A stretch of DNA of 64,000 nt from Haliotis rufescens. Lineage: Eukaryota. The position numbers and the translations under genes are program-made. The DNA is taken from assembly GCF_023055435.1 (NCBI RefSeq), contig NW_025963891.1, forward strand, positions 9,920,001 to 9,984,000, in the 5' to 3' direction. Each line of letters starts with the position of its first letter. The first letter of the stretch is position 1. The notes below the pieces were generated by a model. It saw nothing but the letters and a program-made list of their open reading frames with translations, was not told where the DNA came from and did no database searches. Of the stretch, positions 24,570-40,200 are shown one piece after another.

Positions 24570-26820
24570 GTATATAAAAGTACTTCTCCCTTTCTTTTAA
24601 TACTTTTAATAACCTCTGCACAAAGTTTCTTGGAGGCTTTCATGCGAGGAATTCAGATTATATACACATTTAGAGTACTGTTTTATAACATGACGCATGG
24701 TACCGCGCTTCTGTACATGCTGGGTCCGAGTTCCCAATCTGTAATAAAATCTGGTCATCTCCTTTCAGTCTTGCATCCTGTAAAGATTTGTCAGCATTTG
24801 TATCACATCTGATAAGGGTCTCTTGTTTTGTCTTCAAGGATGTTTCATCAACAATAACTTTAGTCTTTTTAATGATGACACACTCCTCAGGAAGTATATG
24901 ATTTGATCGCCTTCATACTTTTTGTCCTGAGTTATTTTGGATCTAAGAACAATCCTTGTCATTTTAAGGGATGGTTAAGAGGTTGATACATCTGTATCTC
25001 CATGTTGAGGGGATGGTTCACAGGTAAACACATCTGCCTCTCCATCAACATGTCGTAAACACACCGGACACCATGAACTGTACGTTCCATAAACCGTCGA
25101 TTGCAGTAGCGGCGATAAATTGCGTGTCACTGCACTTGGACGGCGTAAGACTTTGATTATACAAAGAAGGTATAAGACGCCGTTCCCAGGCGAAACTATA
25201 ATGTGTATGTCACCAGGATATAGTTCGAATGTTGCCGATTGCTTCCTAATCAATAAAATAAAATAAAATCTACTAAAAATGTACTGGCATAAACAATTCA
25301 GAAACAACAAATACAGAACCCACCTAGATGAAACACATCAAACCATAATACACAAAATGCCATGTCTATTTGGAATTAATTAAAACACAAATGATTACAT
25401 GCAACTGAATTGTTAAGGCAATGGAAACTAAACACTCACTAATGTGGTAATTAATCAGGTGTGAAACTGGAAAGTAAAGTTGATAAATGAACAATTCAAA
25501 CGCCTTCCATACATCAGTTTGACGTGTTTCACATATCATTTACAATCTAATCAACTCGGTTCTCGTTATCTACCCATCCAGAATAATAGGTTCACCACAC
25601 AATGAGTTATCGGTTGAATAAATAAGAGCACTCTTTTGCATGCAGTGTGCGTACATTATGCTGTTTGATAAAATCTTGTATATCGCATGAGTATAATTAC
25701 TACATATTCTTTGTTTGGTTCAAATACAAATCTGAAGACAAAATTATCAAAATGAAAACGTTCGTACTCATGATCATCGGATGCTGGCTTCCCTAAGGGG
25801 CGTAACTCTTGACTGCCAATTACGGAACAATAGGCGACTGCACCCATATCTCCCTCCATGTCATATATTACAGAAATTTATAATCTTACAGATACTAAGA
25901 ACGACCACCTTTGTATTGACTGTATTTGTATAAACTTGCCGGATAAAGAAAGTATACACTTTACAAGGGATTTTGACAACCGTTGTCAAAAGGTTACCAA
26001 GCTGAAAACAGTCGCCGAAACACTGCAAAACTTAAGGTATAAATCTATGAAATACATCACCATCGAATAATCATTTTTTGCTTGTTTCAATTTTAGCAAC
26101 AATAAGAAATGTGTTTACGCTTTCTTTTGCCCGAAAGTTTACATCTCTTGACACATTCTCAAGAAGAATACATGCAAGCGTTATAGGAAAGACGTTTCTG
26201 TTTATCACCTGACTTTTGGAGAGTGAGTGAGAGAGTGGGTGAATTTGGTTTTACGCCGCTTTTAGCAATATTCAAGCAATATCACGGCGGGGGACACCAG
26301 AAATGGACTTCATCAATGTGAAGAATGGAACCCGGGTCTTCGGCGTGACGAGCGAATGCTTTATCAACTAGGCTACCTCACCGCCCAACTGACTTTTGTA
26401 GAATTGGCAATGTCAGCTAATTGACATAGTTTAGTAATCATGTAGATGCAAAACAAATTCAGTCAGCTGTTGACTAGTTACGACTCTTGAGTTCTTTCAT
26501 CATGTCAGTTGATTGTAGGGTGTATCACCATGGTCAACAGTAGGTGGCAAAGAGATCTAATCGAGAGAGATATCAAAAACAGGTTATTTTATTAGGAACG
26601 CGACAATTATTGTCTCAACATGTGTAGGTTTCAAACAGAGAATATTCGTTAAGAACAGGACATCTCTCTGAATCGTCTAATTGAATTAGTTTGCTGTTAA
26701 TTAGAGCCATCCTACTGTGCGCTGTGATTGACTAAGTCACCAACCATGAAGGATTGGAACATATATAAAGCTTTTCATTTAAACACATCACAACAGTTGA
26801 ATTTCTCAGCTTCAAGGACA

Positions 26821-29589
26821 ATGAAGACTTTTTTCGCATTTGTAGTCGCTGTTGTAGCAAGCCAAGGTGAGTGTTTTAAATGGCCATGCCTTCTAACTAT
26901 CCACTTCTCAGTAGATACGATGGTCGTGGCTAAGGCGCAGCAATATGATATTTACGGAAATCCAATTATGTGCATTAATTCTTTTTCTGATGTGTTCGAA
27001 TCTAAACATATTTACATTAATTATTTTTTGACTAAAGTTGACGCGTTGACGTTTTATATTTACATGTTTTCAGCTATGGCCCTGCCGATACAGGATGGAA
27101 ATGATGAGTGCGCTGATTGCACCACTTTCATTACTGATCGCCAGGAGATGGAACTCGAATCGATTGTACGTAAATAATACTGACTGTATCCCATGATGGT
27201 TCGTAAAAATCGTGCTATTTCCAAACGTGCCCACTAACATATACGTACATGTTTAGAACATTATCTTTTTGATTATACACTAATGGTTTATACCCCTACC
27301 CTCAATATAATACTTAAAGTAATGGGACCAGTCAACCAAGTGTTCGTTTCGGAATCTACTTCTGAATTTTCCAATTTCCCAAAATAAATGGGATCTGTCC
27401 AGTCTTTGGTAGAATATTGTACTGAACCCTACTCTCATATATTTATCAGTATTCTATCTACTACACATAGATCTATTACTACATATATTTAAAGATAAGT
27501 TTACCCCAGAACGTAAGGAGGTAAACATGTCACAAATACACTCATGTCTCTTCTCCAGATCTATTGTACTGAGTTTTTATATAACATGTGTTTCAGGAAG
27601 AACAGGAAGCAAAAATGAACAACGTCTGTTCTTCAATGGAACCCAGCAAGGTGGAAGAGGTGAGATAAATAATAGTTCTCAATAGTAAACAAACGCATTT
27701 CATAAACAACAAGATCAGATGTTTCATTGCAAAGAGCAATGTACTGAATATATCACAAGGTAGATAATTAAAAAGGTACAATAATCTATATTCATAGCAA
27801 ACTGTGTTGATCCTTAACGCTGTGAATTAGATAAACTAATATTCTTGAGGCTAATATTATAAAAACGCGTATTTGCAGTGTAAGACAAAAGTGCAGAAAA
27901 TATGCCAGAAGAAGAAGGACAAAGTCAACAGTCAGGTAACTGTTAATTTTTACATCATCAGAAATCCTGCTCCAATCAATGGACTTATCATGAAGCACAA
28001 GATTGCGTCAGCTTACACTTGCATATACTGACATCATGAAAAAGGTGACTGATGCAAAAAGTTCAGGAATGTACCAATCAGATGGAATTTAGATACCCGG
28101 GGAAGGAGATGGAAAACTCTATATCAGCATTTCAGCTTACATTTCCTTTATCAGAATAATAACCTTTACCATGTTTTCACTGAGTTACACAAAATGCTGA
28201 GGATTGGACTATGATTTTACCCTTTAACTCTATAATTATTATTGTACACTGCGAGTAAGCAAAAGGATTTTGTTTTACAACATATCATGTAATTGTGTTC
28301 ACCTTCACAGAGCCCAGAAGCCATCTGTAAAGCCACCAAGTACTGTCCGTCGCTTGATACCGCCAACATGAACACACCTACAAACAAGGCAAGATTAATA
28401 CCTAGTACCAGTCCTCTAGTCAACAGGTTTAGTGAGTATAACTCATCAAACTTACACACAATCAAATGAATGTCTTAACGTGTTCATGATTTGTACAATT
28501 TACTGGGTTCGAAAGTAGGTTCGTCTTTCGTCACACTTATTGTGCTGCAATATTATTGTTACATTGGTTACAATCGAAAGTTTAAAAACTGTAGGCATAA
28601 TGATGCATTCAATTTGTCATTTCATGTTTCGTAGGTTCAAGGGAGACGGCGATGCAAGGACTGCAAGAACTTTCTAAAAGACGTCAAAGAAAGGCAAATG
28701 GTCACTGTTGTGAGTGACAAATATTGAGAAGGTTTAATCACTCCTATGTTGGTCTGGCACATTTACATTATTTCCCAAACTACATAAAACATGTACCATC
28801 TTGTTTTAAGTAAAATAACTAATCGTACACGTTGATGTAATGCAATCATAAAATCATGACAACGTGTAGTTAAAAACGTTTCTTTTACAGGCCTCTGTAA
28901 AGGAACTGATCGAAACCATGTTCTGTGAAAAGCTCAGCGAAGACCGTCAGGAACAGGTGTGTATATAGTTATCCAATCATTGTTCAGTTTTCTGATTATG
29001 ATATAAATTCAGTAGTTCTTTCCTTATTGTAGTCCTAGACAATCCATGTGTTTGACACTATGAATATCGGATACAATGACGTGCACCATTCAAGTCAGCT
29101 AGCCTGACCATCTGATCCCGTAGGTCGCCCCTCATATTGTGTTACAGTTAATTTCATAATCAGTCATGATATATATTCTTATTTCATTATATAATGTGTG
29201 TATGTATACAATTTCACGTTCATCTAATTATGTTTGAGCATTCTGTGTACTCTGTTTCAGTGTGCTGACTTTCTAGATGCAGCAATCGAAATGGAAATCG
29301 AGCTACTAGATTTGGTGGTAAGTAAATGTTGGATGTATAAGTGAGATACTCATTGTTTTGATATATACATAAACTTACACTTTACAGCCATATATGTCGA
29401 TTTCTTAAGACATATCCATTAAGGACACTTATCAATATGTATGATCGGAATGAAGTATCAGACCTGGATAGTAAGAGTTAAAAGACTACTGTTTATTTAA
29501 TTAAAAATATGTAAAAGAATGGAACTTTTTGTTTATTACAGAATGTTAAAACGTCATGCAAACTACTTGGTATGTGTGGTGCCAACTAG
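26821..29589 (+). CDS. Secreted two-domain saposin-like protein, copy 3
   Basis: Exons 26821-26866, 27074-27165, 27597-27659, 27879-27935, 28311-28388, 28635-28709, 28891-28956, 29261-29317, 29542-29589. Intact. Differences from copy 1: S20P, H30D, I32T, A33T, G117R. Confidence 0.9.
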
Positions 29590-32500
29590 TTGTAAGGTGA
29601 GTTGTATTGAACGTGATATAGGCGAGGTAAGGTGAAGTGAGGCGGGATGAGTTTTAACATCGCGTTCAAGATTATTGCACTCCATGTGGCGGCTTGTTCT
29701 TGTCCGGACTTTATAGTGCTTGCTCACTGAGATGCCATGTCGCAGTTTCACATCGAAACCCCACTCTGACACATTATACTCAGACACCGAGCCGGCCAGT
29801 GCTTGTTGATGGTTGATGTTGCGCTAAAGCACACACGGGTGCTTTTGAACATTGCTACTCTCCTTTTACAAATTGAAATTATGTACTGTTTCGTGTTGAT
29901 TCCCAAATTGAAATAGTATGTTAATCCAGAAGTCTGAACGTAAAAGAACTTCGTGTGAAACCAACAAACAACCAGCATGTTGTATACAATCAACAAATGA
30001 ATTACAAAAATTAACTGGGTTTACAAATCAGGACAAATTACTCCACAGTAATTACAATGGCGCCTCGGGCAGACGCCCTGTCCAATACACCGCGGAGGTT
30101 TTCCTTCTGTCTACGCAATAGTTACACCGCTGTCTGAGGAACAAGTTTCGGTTGGAACTATTGACTGTTTGTTTCGTTTACTTCAACGCCACAATCAGCA
30201 CTATTCCAGCTATATGAAGGCCTGTCTGAACCAGACACGCAATCAGCCAAATTACCGAGTCTGACCACTCGACCCATTAAGTCGCCTCTAACGACCAGCA
30301 TAGGTGGATTGGGAGAAATACTTACTCTGGACCAATGGTCTTCTGCTCCCCGGACGGATGCTCTGTCCACTTTCCTGATGACTAGTCATGATATGAAATA
30401 TTCTAACATTTCTTACACATGACACGGTTAACTTCAGTGTGTATTTTTGATATTGCAGATGCTGACAATGCTGCCTCTCGATCCTTCATCGCCCACGAAC
30501 AACGTCACGTGTAAAACATTGTCAATAAAACTTTGCATTTGACCAGAGTACTGTTGTTGCTTGGACGGTTTATGTGAGATATGGAGATCATTTGTTGAAC
30601 CTGTGTCATATAATAGGCACGTGAACATTATTTAGCAATCGAATCCTAGTGGAACGCCATTTATCACACCATACATAACATAGACTCTCGACAGTCAAGA
30701 ACGCAAAGAAATTGGTCCAGGCTGGTCAACTGATGATCAAATGAAACTACTTTAACACGTTTTTCTATTATCGTTCTATTTTGAGGATAGAGGAAGGGAG
30801 TTGGGTTTGGTTTGTCCAAGGAACGGAACTCTGCACGGCGAATAGCGGCGCCTCAGACGACTGAACCACTCGCATCCTCATCCTTGAGGATAGACCATTA
30901 TGCGGTGAACTAAATACTCAGAACCAGACATTATACGATTAAATGAGGAAACACATGTATACAGGATCAAGACAAATGGACATAATAAGTTGTCACCAGT
31001 TAATTCCTGAAACAAATTGAAATAAAACGGTTATTGGCAAATGAACCCATTACGATTACTATTTTCCACACATTTCCTAAGAAGATAAACAGAACGAAGC
31101 TATCGCTTGTACAGCAAAGAGTGAGTGCGTTTAGGTTAACGCCTCTTTGAACAGTACGTCAGTTTCATCAGCACTCGTGACGGGTGCTATAATGCTATGT
31201 CACACATGGGTGCTCTTGAATATTGATACTCTCTTTTGATTAATTGAAATTATATTCACTGCTCCACGGCTCAGTCATATATATCCGCTTCACCCACGGG
31301 CACTTTACCGGGGAGCATGTAAATGTACAGTGACAAAGACAATAAGGAGACATGTAAGGTTCAACCATTTCATTGCATGGTACAAGTGACGGGTAATCGT
31401 GACCTAGTGTCGCACGGGATATGATGTGGTAGTGCATGGTTGCCTAGCATTGGACAATAAGTGAAGGAAACATTACATTCCTTAGAACTATTATCAGATG
31501 GATACCAGACCTATCCTTCATTTGAATGGTTAAAGCTTCACCAACGTTACAAACTTTTAACTCAGAACTAATCAACTTGAAATATTTGAATAAACTTTAA
31601 TTTTAAAGTCTCTGCAATGAGCATGACCTTTCACGGGGCACAAAGTGCTCTTGTCTCACAAGGTAAGAGATTCAGTCTAACTAGTGGTCTGGTGACACTC
31701 TTGGAACATCTCCTTTCAGTCTCTTCACATTCCTGCTGTAGTACAGTTGGTCTGGTATTCATCTTGTCAAGCACTGATAATGATGTACTCGTAGTGTCTT
31801 GATGGTCATCTGGCTTGCACTGCTCAGTTGTCTTGTTGCTGGACATTACCGAATCTCACTTACAGTCACGGTCTCTGCCGACCTAGTAGTTCCTCCCACA
31901 TATGAGTGAGTAAGGAATGAGTATGGTTTTACGCCACTTCTATATTTCAACAATATCACGGCAGGGACACCGGAACATGGGCTTCATGCATTGTACTCAG
32001 GTGGGAATAAAACCCGGGTGTTTGCCGTGACGAACTAACACTTTTACAACTAGGCTACCTCATCGTCCCTGTGATGTGCAGTACTACAGTATATTTGTTT
32101 TGTTTATATTTAATTCACTTACTTTATTTGAATGTTCATCTGGAATATAATTATATATTAATCATAAAATATCGTAAAATATCACTGACATTAATTGTTT
32201 GGAGTATTGACATTACCTGAAGTTGATGTCATAATGCGTTATCACCCAAATAGATGTTATTCCACATCAGGGTGGTGAACACATTGCCGCGAAATCCATA
32301 GGGAACATCGGTTTCATGCTGTAATTTTGTTTTGTCGTCAAAGCCGTATCAAGAGTCACCGAGTAGGAAACGCCGTGTCCTAACGAGTTGAGTAGCTGCT
32401 GTAATTTGGTAGACCCTTTAATGTGTCTTTAGGGCCACACCTAAAGCAAAGTGTTTTCGCATCAGCTTTCCACCACAGAGAAAAGACGAATTATGTCTTG

Positions 32501-32787
32501 TGAAAGAGAAAGTATTTTTCTGGTTGTTATTTCCTTTTATTTCCACCAACTGCCGTTCTTTTAATACTTTTCTCAATTACCTCAGTACGAAAATTTCTTG
32601 TAGGCTTTAATGCGAGGTGTTCAGATTATATACACATTTAGTGTACTGTTTATAACATGACGCATGGTACCGCATTTCTGTACATACTGGGTCCGAGTAC
32701 CAAATACGGGTCTCTTGTTTTCTCTTCAAGGATCAATTTTTGTTTTGATCGCCTTCATACATTTTGTCCTGTCCATTTTGTGACCTA

Positions 32788-35100
32788 GATCAGAAGATGT
32801 TTTGGACTTTAATTCGACGTGGGAACCAATTGCATGCCTTGAAGCAGAAGGTGTGCAAACAAGAAATGCCCAAGAAATCTGTACCATCATGCCAAACCAT
32901 ATGAAACAGGTATCAAGCGACCAAGATGAGCTTCACTTTGATCAAGAGTTTAGGAAGCACATTGAGGCACACGTGGAAAGGATACGTTTGGACATACAGG
33001 GCACTGACCAGTCATCAGTTGATCTTCTAACAAGTCCAGGGAAAAAAACATCAATTTGCAAAACCCCAAAACGCAACAAGGCTGCTGGTATGGACAACAT
33101 GTTTTTGAACATCTTCGATATGGTGGAAAATACCTTACAAAGTGCTTGTCAGAACTCTTTAACCTCGTCATTACATCTGGATACATTCCTGTCTAATGGA
33201 AAAGAGGCACTATCATACCGATATTCAAAGGAGGCAACATGTCTCGCGTGTTACCGGATTCCTATCGAGGGGTAACCCTATTGCCGGTTATATACAAGGT
33301 ATTTGAAGTCATTGTAAGTAGTAGAATCTAACAGCTCACCAACAGTGAATCCTTTCCATGTATACAACAACGTGGTTTCTAGAAAGGCCTTTCCTCCAGT
33401 GACACCTCCTTAATTGTACAAGAATCAATACTTCATAAAGAACGATCGGACGCCATCAACTTAGCCTTCTTAGACAGTTCAAAAGCGTTTGACGCAGTAT
33501 GACACCAAGGACTTTTATACAAGCTGTATCATCTTGGAATCCCAGATGCACTGTGGGGGATATTTGACAATAGATACAAGTTCATCGAGAGCAGCGTCCT
33601 TGTTAATAACACAAGATCATACTGGTTTCCGTTATCAAGAGGTGTTCGGCAAGGAAGCGTCCTGTCGGCAAAACTCTACCTGCTATACATAGATGAACTG
33701 TGAGAGAAACTGTCCACCAGCAAACTTGGTGCAGTGATCTTGGATATCCATGTAATGGCACCCACTCAAGCGGACGATATAGCAATTGTTAGTCCAGTAT
33801 CAGCAAATCTGCAGAAGATGATGACCATATGTGAAAGATATGGTTCAGACTGGCGGTTCTCTTTTTATCTCCTTCCAAGAGCCAGATAGTCAGATATAGT
33901 GACAGAAAAGCAGCTACTTCTAGTGTTGTACTCTATGGACGTGATATCCCAGTGACAAATGAGCTTAAGCACGTTGGTTATATTGAACACTGAATTTAAC
34001 TCATGGTAGAGAACTCTGGAGAGCTGCTCAAAGATGAAAGCATCAGCCATGGCACTCGTCAAATCGGGACTGCATGAACGCGCTCTAAACCCCATGACAA
34101 GCTCAAAACTTATTACGGCAATTTGTATCCCAAAGGCTATGTTTGGGTGTTATGGTCGATGATTTCCAAGGCAGAAATTCTGGCTATAGAAGGAGCACAG
34201 AGGTCCATTCTCAAAATGGCACAGGGACTTCCACGTCATACTAGGTCTGACATAGTTAATGCTCTTCCCGGCTGGCTCCCCATAGAATCACTTATCAACA
34301 TCAGGAAACTATTCTTTCTTGGCCACCTCTGTAATTGTTCTAATCATCTGCTTTCTAAGAAGGTTTTTATGACTCGTATCTCCATGTCTATATACATAAG
34401 TGTTCATCCATAAGTATGGGCTTTGTCCCAGACATATGTCGCATCCTCCATAAGTATTCATTATACTGTCACCTGGAAGCATTTCTTAGTTCCAGTACAT
34501 CCCTGGAGCGGAAGATATGGAAAAGGACAGTCAAAGAAGCCGTGAATACTTTTGAAGTACCAGCATGGCGGGAAAGACTTTCATCAGAAACTGACACTGT
34601 GCACTTTGAGAGTATTCACACGTGGCGAGGAGGATAGCTCGAGAGTGTCCTGAGCTAAAGGCAGCTGCCTGTTTTGCTGTCCACATTTGTGCGATGTGGA
34701 GACCGGGGAAATTACATGGTATCTGTTCACAGTGTGGTATTAACTACCATGACTTACTGACTCACGTACGGTGCCACTGTGTGAGTAAGAGAACAATAAG
34801 AGAGAACTTATAGTGTGACATTGTGTGTATAGGTCCCGTTGACATCAGCGTTGAACTCCACAACAAATCAGGTTATGTTTGCTGTCCTGTAAGCCACCTT
34901 TGGATACTGATCCAGATACCAGTGGCTCTTACTCACGAAGTGAAATTCGAGGACTATACCGCTTTCATTATATGGACGGAATTTACTAACAAAATACGTT
35001 ACCACAGTGGTATATGGTGGTATTCTCTGACAATGTAATAATTTTCATGTAATTATCTTTAATATTATACCTTGTAACTCTCCTATGGAGGAATAAAAGT
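32788..35100 (+). mobile_element. Degenerate LINE RT copy, unit 4
   Basis: Same element, undeleted version. Confidence 0.9.
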
Positions 35101-37287
35101 ATATATAAAAGTACTTCTCCCTTTCTTTTAATACTTTTAATTACCTCTGCACAAAGTTTCTTGGAGGCTTTCATGCGAGGAATTCAGATTATATACACAT
35201 TTAGAGTACTGTTTTATAACATGACGCATGGTACCGCGCTTCTGTACATGCTGGGTCCGAGTTCCCAATCTGTAATAAAATCTGGTCATCTCCTTTCAGT
35301 CGTGCATCCTGTAAAGATTTGTCAGCATTTGTATCACATCTGATAAGGGCCTCTTGTTTTGTCTTCAAGGATGTTTCATCAACAATAACTTTAGTCTTTT
35401 TAATGATGACACACTCCTCAGGAAGTATATGATTTGATCGCCTTCATACTTTTTGTCCTGAGTTATTTTGGATCTAAGAACAATCCTTGTCATTTTAAGG
35501 GATGGTTAAGAGGTTGATACATCTGTATCTCCATGTTGAGGGGATGGTTCACAGGTAAACACATCTGCCTCTCCATCAACATGTCGTAAACACACCGGAC
35601 ACCATGAACTGTACGTTCCATAAACCGTCGATTGCAGTAGCGGCGATAAATTGCGTGTCACTGCACTTGGACGGCGTAAGACTTTGATTATACAAAGAAG
35701 GTATAAGACGCCGTTCCCAGGCGAAACTATTATGTGTATGTCACCAGGATATAGTTCGAATGTTGCCGATTGCTTCCTAATCAATAAAATAAAATAAAAT
35801 CTACTAAAAATGTACTGGCATAATCAATTCAGAAACAACAAATACAGAACCCACCTAGATGAAACACATCAAACCATAATACACAAAATGCCATGTCTAT
35901 TTCGAATTAATTAAAACACAAATGATTACATGCAACTGAATTGTTAAGGCAATGGAAACTAAACACTCACTTATGTGGTAATTAATCAGGTGTGAAACTG
36001 GAAAGTAAAGTTGATAAATGAACAATTCAAACGCCTTCCATACATCAGTTTGACGTGTTTCACATATCATTTACAATCTAATCAACTCGGTTCTCGTTAT
36101 CTACCCATCCAGAATAATAGGTTCACCACACAATGAGTTATCGGTTGAATAAATAAGAGCACTCTTTTGCATGCAGTGTGCGTACATTATGCTGTTTGAT
36201 AAAATCTTGCATATCGCATGAGTATAATTACTACATATTCTTTGTTTGGTTCAAATACAAATCTGAAGACAAAATTATCAAAATGAAAACGTTCGTACTC
36301 ATGATCATCGGATGCTGGCTTCCCTAAGGGGCGTAACTCTTGACTGCCAATTACGGAACAATAGGCGACTGCACCCATATCTCCCTCCATGTCATATATT
36401 ACAGAAATTTATAATCTTACAGAAATTAAGAACGACCACCTTTGTATTGACTGTATTTGTATAAACTGCCGGATAAAGAGAGTATACATTTGACAAGGGA
36501 TTTTGACAAACGTTGTCAAAAGGTTACCAAGCTGAAAACAGTCGCCGAAAAACTGCAAAACTTAAGGTATAAATCTATGAAATACATCACCATCGAAGAA
36601 TCATTTTTTGTTTGTTTCAATTTTAGCAACAATAAGAAATGTGTTTACGCTAGGAAAGACGTTTCTGTTTATCACCTGACTTTTGGAGAGTGAGTGAGAG
36701 AGTGGGTGAATTTGGTTTTACGCCGCTTTTAGCAATATTCAAGCAATATCACGGCGGGGGACACCAGAAATGGACTTCATCAATGTGAAGAATGGAACCC
36801 GGGTCTTCGGCGTGACGAGCGAATGCTTTATCAACTAGGCTACCTCACCGCCCAACTGACTTTTGTAGAATTGGCAATGTCAGCTAATTGACATAGTTTA
36901 GTAATCATGTAGATGCAAAACAAATTCAGTCAGCTGTTGACTAGTTACGACTCTTGAGTTCTTTCATCATGTCAGTTGATTGTAGGGTGTATCACCATGG
37001 TCAACAGTAGGTGGCAAAGAGATCTAATCGAGAGAGATATCAAAAACAGGTTATTTTATTAAGAACGCGACAATTATTGTCTCAACATGTGTAGGTTTCA
37101 AACAGAGAATATTCGTTAAGAACAGGACATCTCTCTGAATCGTCTAATTGAATTAGTTTGCTGTTAATTAAAGCCATCCTACTGTGCGCTGTGATTGACT
37201 AAGTCACCAACTATGAAGAATCGGAACATATATAAAGCTTTTCATTTAAACACATCACAACAGTTGAATTTCTCAGCTTCAAGGACA

Positions 37288-40200
37288 ATGAAGACTTTTT
37301 TCGCATTTGTAGTCGCTGTTGTAGCAAGCCAAGGTGAGTGTTTTAAATGGCCATGCCTTCTAACTATCCACTTCTCAGTAGATACGATGGTCGTGGCTAA
37401 GGCGCAGCAATATGATATTTACGGAAATCCAATTATGTGCATTAATTCTTTTTCTGATGTGTTCGAATCTAAACATATTTACATTAATTATTTTTTGACT
37501 AAAGTTGACGCGTTGACGTTTTATATTTACATGTTTTCAGCTATGGCCCTGCCGATACAGGATGGAAATGATGAGTGCGCTGATTGCATCACTTTCATTA
37601 CTGATCGCCAGGAGATGGAACTCGAATCGATTGTACGTAAATAATACTGACTGTATCCCATGATGGTTCGTAAAAATCGTGCTATTTCCAAACGTGCCCA
37701 CTAACATATACGTACATGTTTAGAACATTATCTTTTTGATTATACACTAATGGTTTATACCCCTACCCTCAATATAATACTTAAAGTAATGGGACCAGTC
37801 AACCAAGTGTTCGTTTCGGAATCTACTTCTGAATTTTCCAATTTCCCAAAATAAATGGGATCTGTCCAGTCTTTGGTAGAATATTGTACTGAACCCTACT
37901 CTCATATATTTATCAGTATTCTATCTACTACACATAGATCTATTACTACATATATTTAAAGATAAGTTTACCCCAGAACGTAAGGAGGTAAACATGTCAC
38001 AAATACACTCATGTCTCTTCTCCAGATCTATTGTACTGAGTTTTTATATAACATGTGTTTCAGGAAGAACAGGAAGCAAAAATGAACAACGTCTGTTCTT
38101 CAATGGAACCCAGCAAGGTGGAAGAGGTGAGATAAATAATAGTTCTCAATAGTAAACAAACGCATTTCATAAACAACAAGATCAGATGTTTCATTGCAAA
38201 GAGCAATGTACTGAATATATCACAAGGTAGATAATTAAAAAGGTACAATAATCTATATTCATAGCAAACTGTGTTGATCCTTAACGCTGTGAATTAGATA
38301 AACTAATATTCTTGAAGCTAATATTATAAAAACGCGTATTTGCAGTGTAAGACAAAAGTGCAGAAAATATGCCAGAAGAAGAAGGACAAAGTCAACAGTC
38401 AGGTAACTGTTAATTTTTACATCATCAGAAATCCTGCTCCAATCAATGGACTTATCATGAAGCACAAGATTGCGTCAGCTTACATTTGCATATACTGACA
38501 TCATGAAAAAGGTGATTGATGCAAAAAGTTCAGGAAAGTACCAATCAGATGGAATTTAGATACCCGGGGAAGGAGATGGAAAACTCTATATCAGCATTTC
38601 AGCTTACATTTCCTTTATCAGAATAATAACCTTTACCATGATTTCACTGAGTTACACAAAATGCTGAGAATTGGACTATGATTTTACCCTTTAACTCTAT
38701 AATTATTATTGTACACTGCGAGTAAGCAAAAGGATTTTGTTTTACAACATATCATGTAATTGTGTTCACCTTCATAGAGCCCTGAAGCCATCTGTAAAGC
38801 CACCAAGTACTGCCCGTCGCTTGATACCGCCAACATGAACACACCTACAAACAAGGCAAGATTAATACCTAGTACCAGTCCTCTAGTCAACAGGTTTAGT
38901 GAGTATAACTCATCAAACTTACACACAATCAAATGAATGTCTTAACGTGTTCATGATTTGTACAATTTACTGGGTTCGAAAGTAGGTTCGTCTTTCGTCA
39001 CACTTATTGTGCTGCAATATTATTGTTACATTGGTTACAATCGAAAGTTTAAAAACTGTAGGCATAATGATGCATTCAATTTGTCATTTCATGTTTCGTA
39101 GGTTCAAGGGAGAAGGCGATGCAAGGACTGCAAGAACTTTCTAAAAGACGTCAAAGAAAGGCAAATGGTCACTGTTGTGAGTAACAAATATTGAGAAGGT
39201 TTAATCACTCCTATGTTGGTCTGGCACATTTACATTATTTCCCAAACTACATAAAACATGTACCATCTTGTTTTAAGTAAAATAACTAATCGTACACGTT
39301 GATGTAATGCAATCATAAAATCATGACAACGTGTAGTTAAAAACGTTTCTTTTACAGGCCTCTGTGAAGGAACTGATCGAAACCATGTTCTGTGAAAAGC
39401 TCAGCGAAGACCGTCAGGAACAGGTGTGTATATAGTTATCCAATCATTGTTCAGTTTTCTGATTATGATATAAATTCAGTAGTTCTTTCCTTATTGTAGT
39501 CCTAGACAATCCATGTGTTTGACACCATGAGTATCGGATACAATGACGTGCACCATTCAAGTCAGCAAGCCTGACCATCTGATCCCGTAGGTCGCCCCTC
39601 ATATTGTGTTACAGTTAATTTCATAATCAGTCATGATATATATTCTTATATCATTATATAATGTGTGTATGTATACAATTTCACGTTCATCTAATTATGT
39701 TTGAGCATTCTGTGTACTCTGTTTCAGTGTGCTGACTTTCTAGATGCAGCAATCGAAATGGAAATCGAGCTACTAGATTTGGTGGTAAGTAAATGTTGGA
39801 TGTATAAGTGAGATACTCATTGTTTTGATATATACATAAACTTACACTTTACAGCCATATATGTCGATTTCTTAAGACATATCCATTAAGGACACTTATC
39901 AATATGTATGATCGGAATGAAGTATAAAACCTGGATAGTAAGAGTTAAAAGACTACTGAACACGTCCCATTTTAATTCTGGAAACCCAAAAGTCCAGAAA
40001 CTCTACGCTCTTTGCCCAGTCTCGGTTAAAGGTATTTACAAAATTAAACATGCCGTTTTCATGGGAACATACCAAGGAAGAAAAAATGAAAAAAAAAATG
40101 TTCAAAAACTCAATATTTAGACTATGTCGCCCATGGGCCTGCCCATGGGCGAAGTGTGGCCCATGGGCCTGCCCATGGGCGAAGTCTGGCCCATGGGTAG

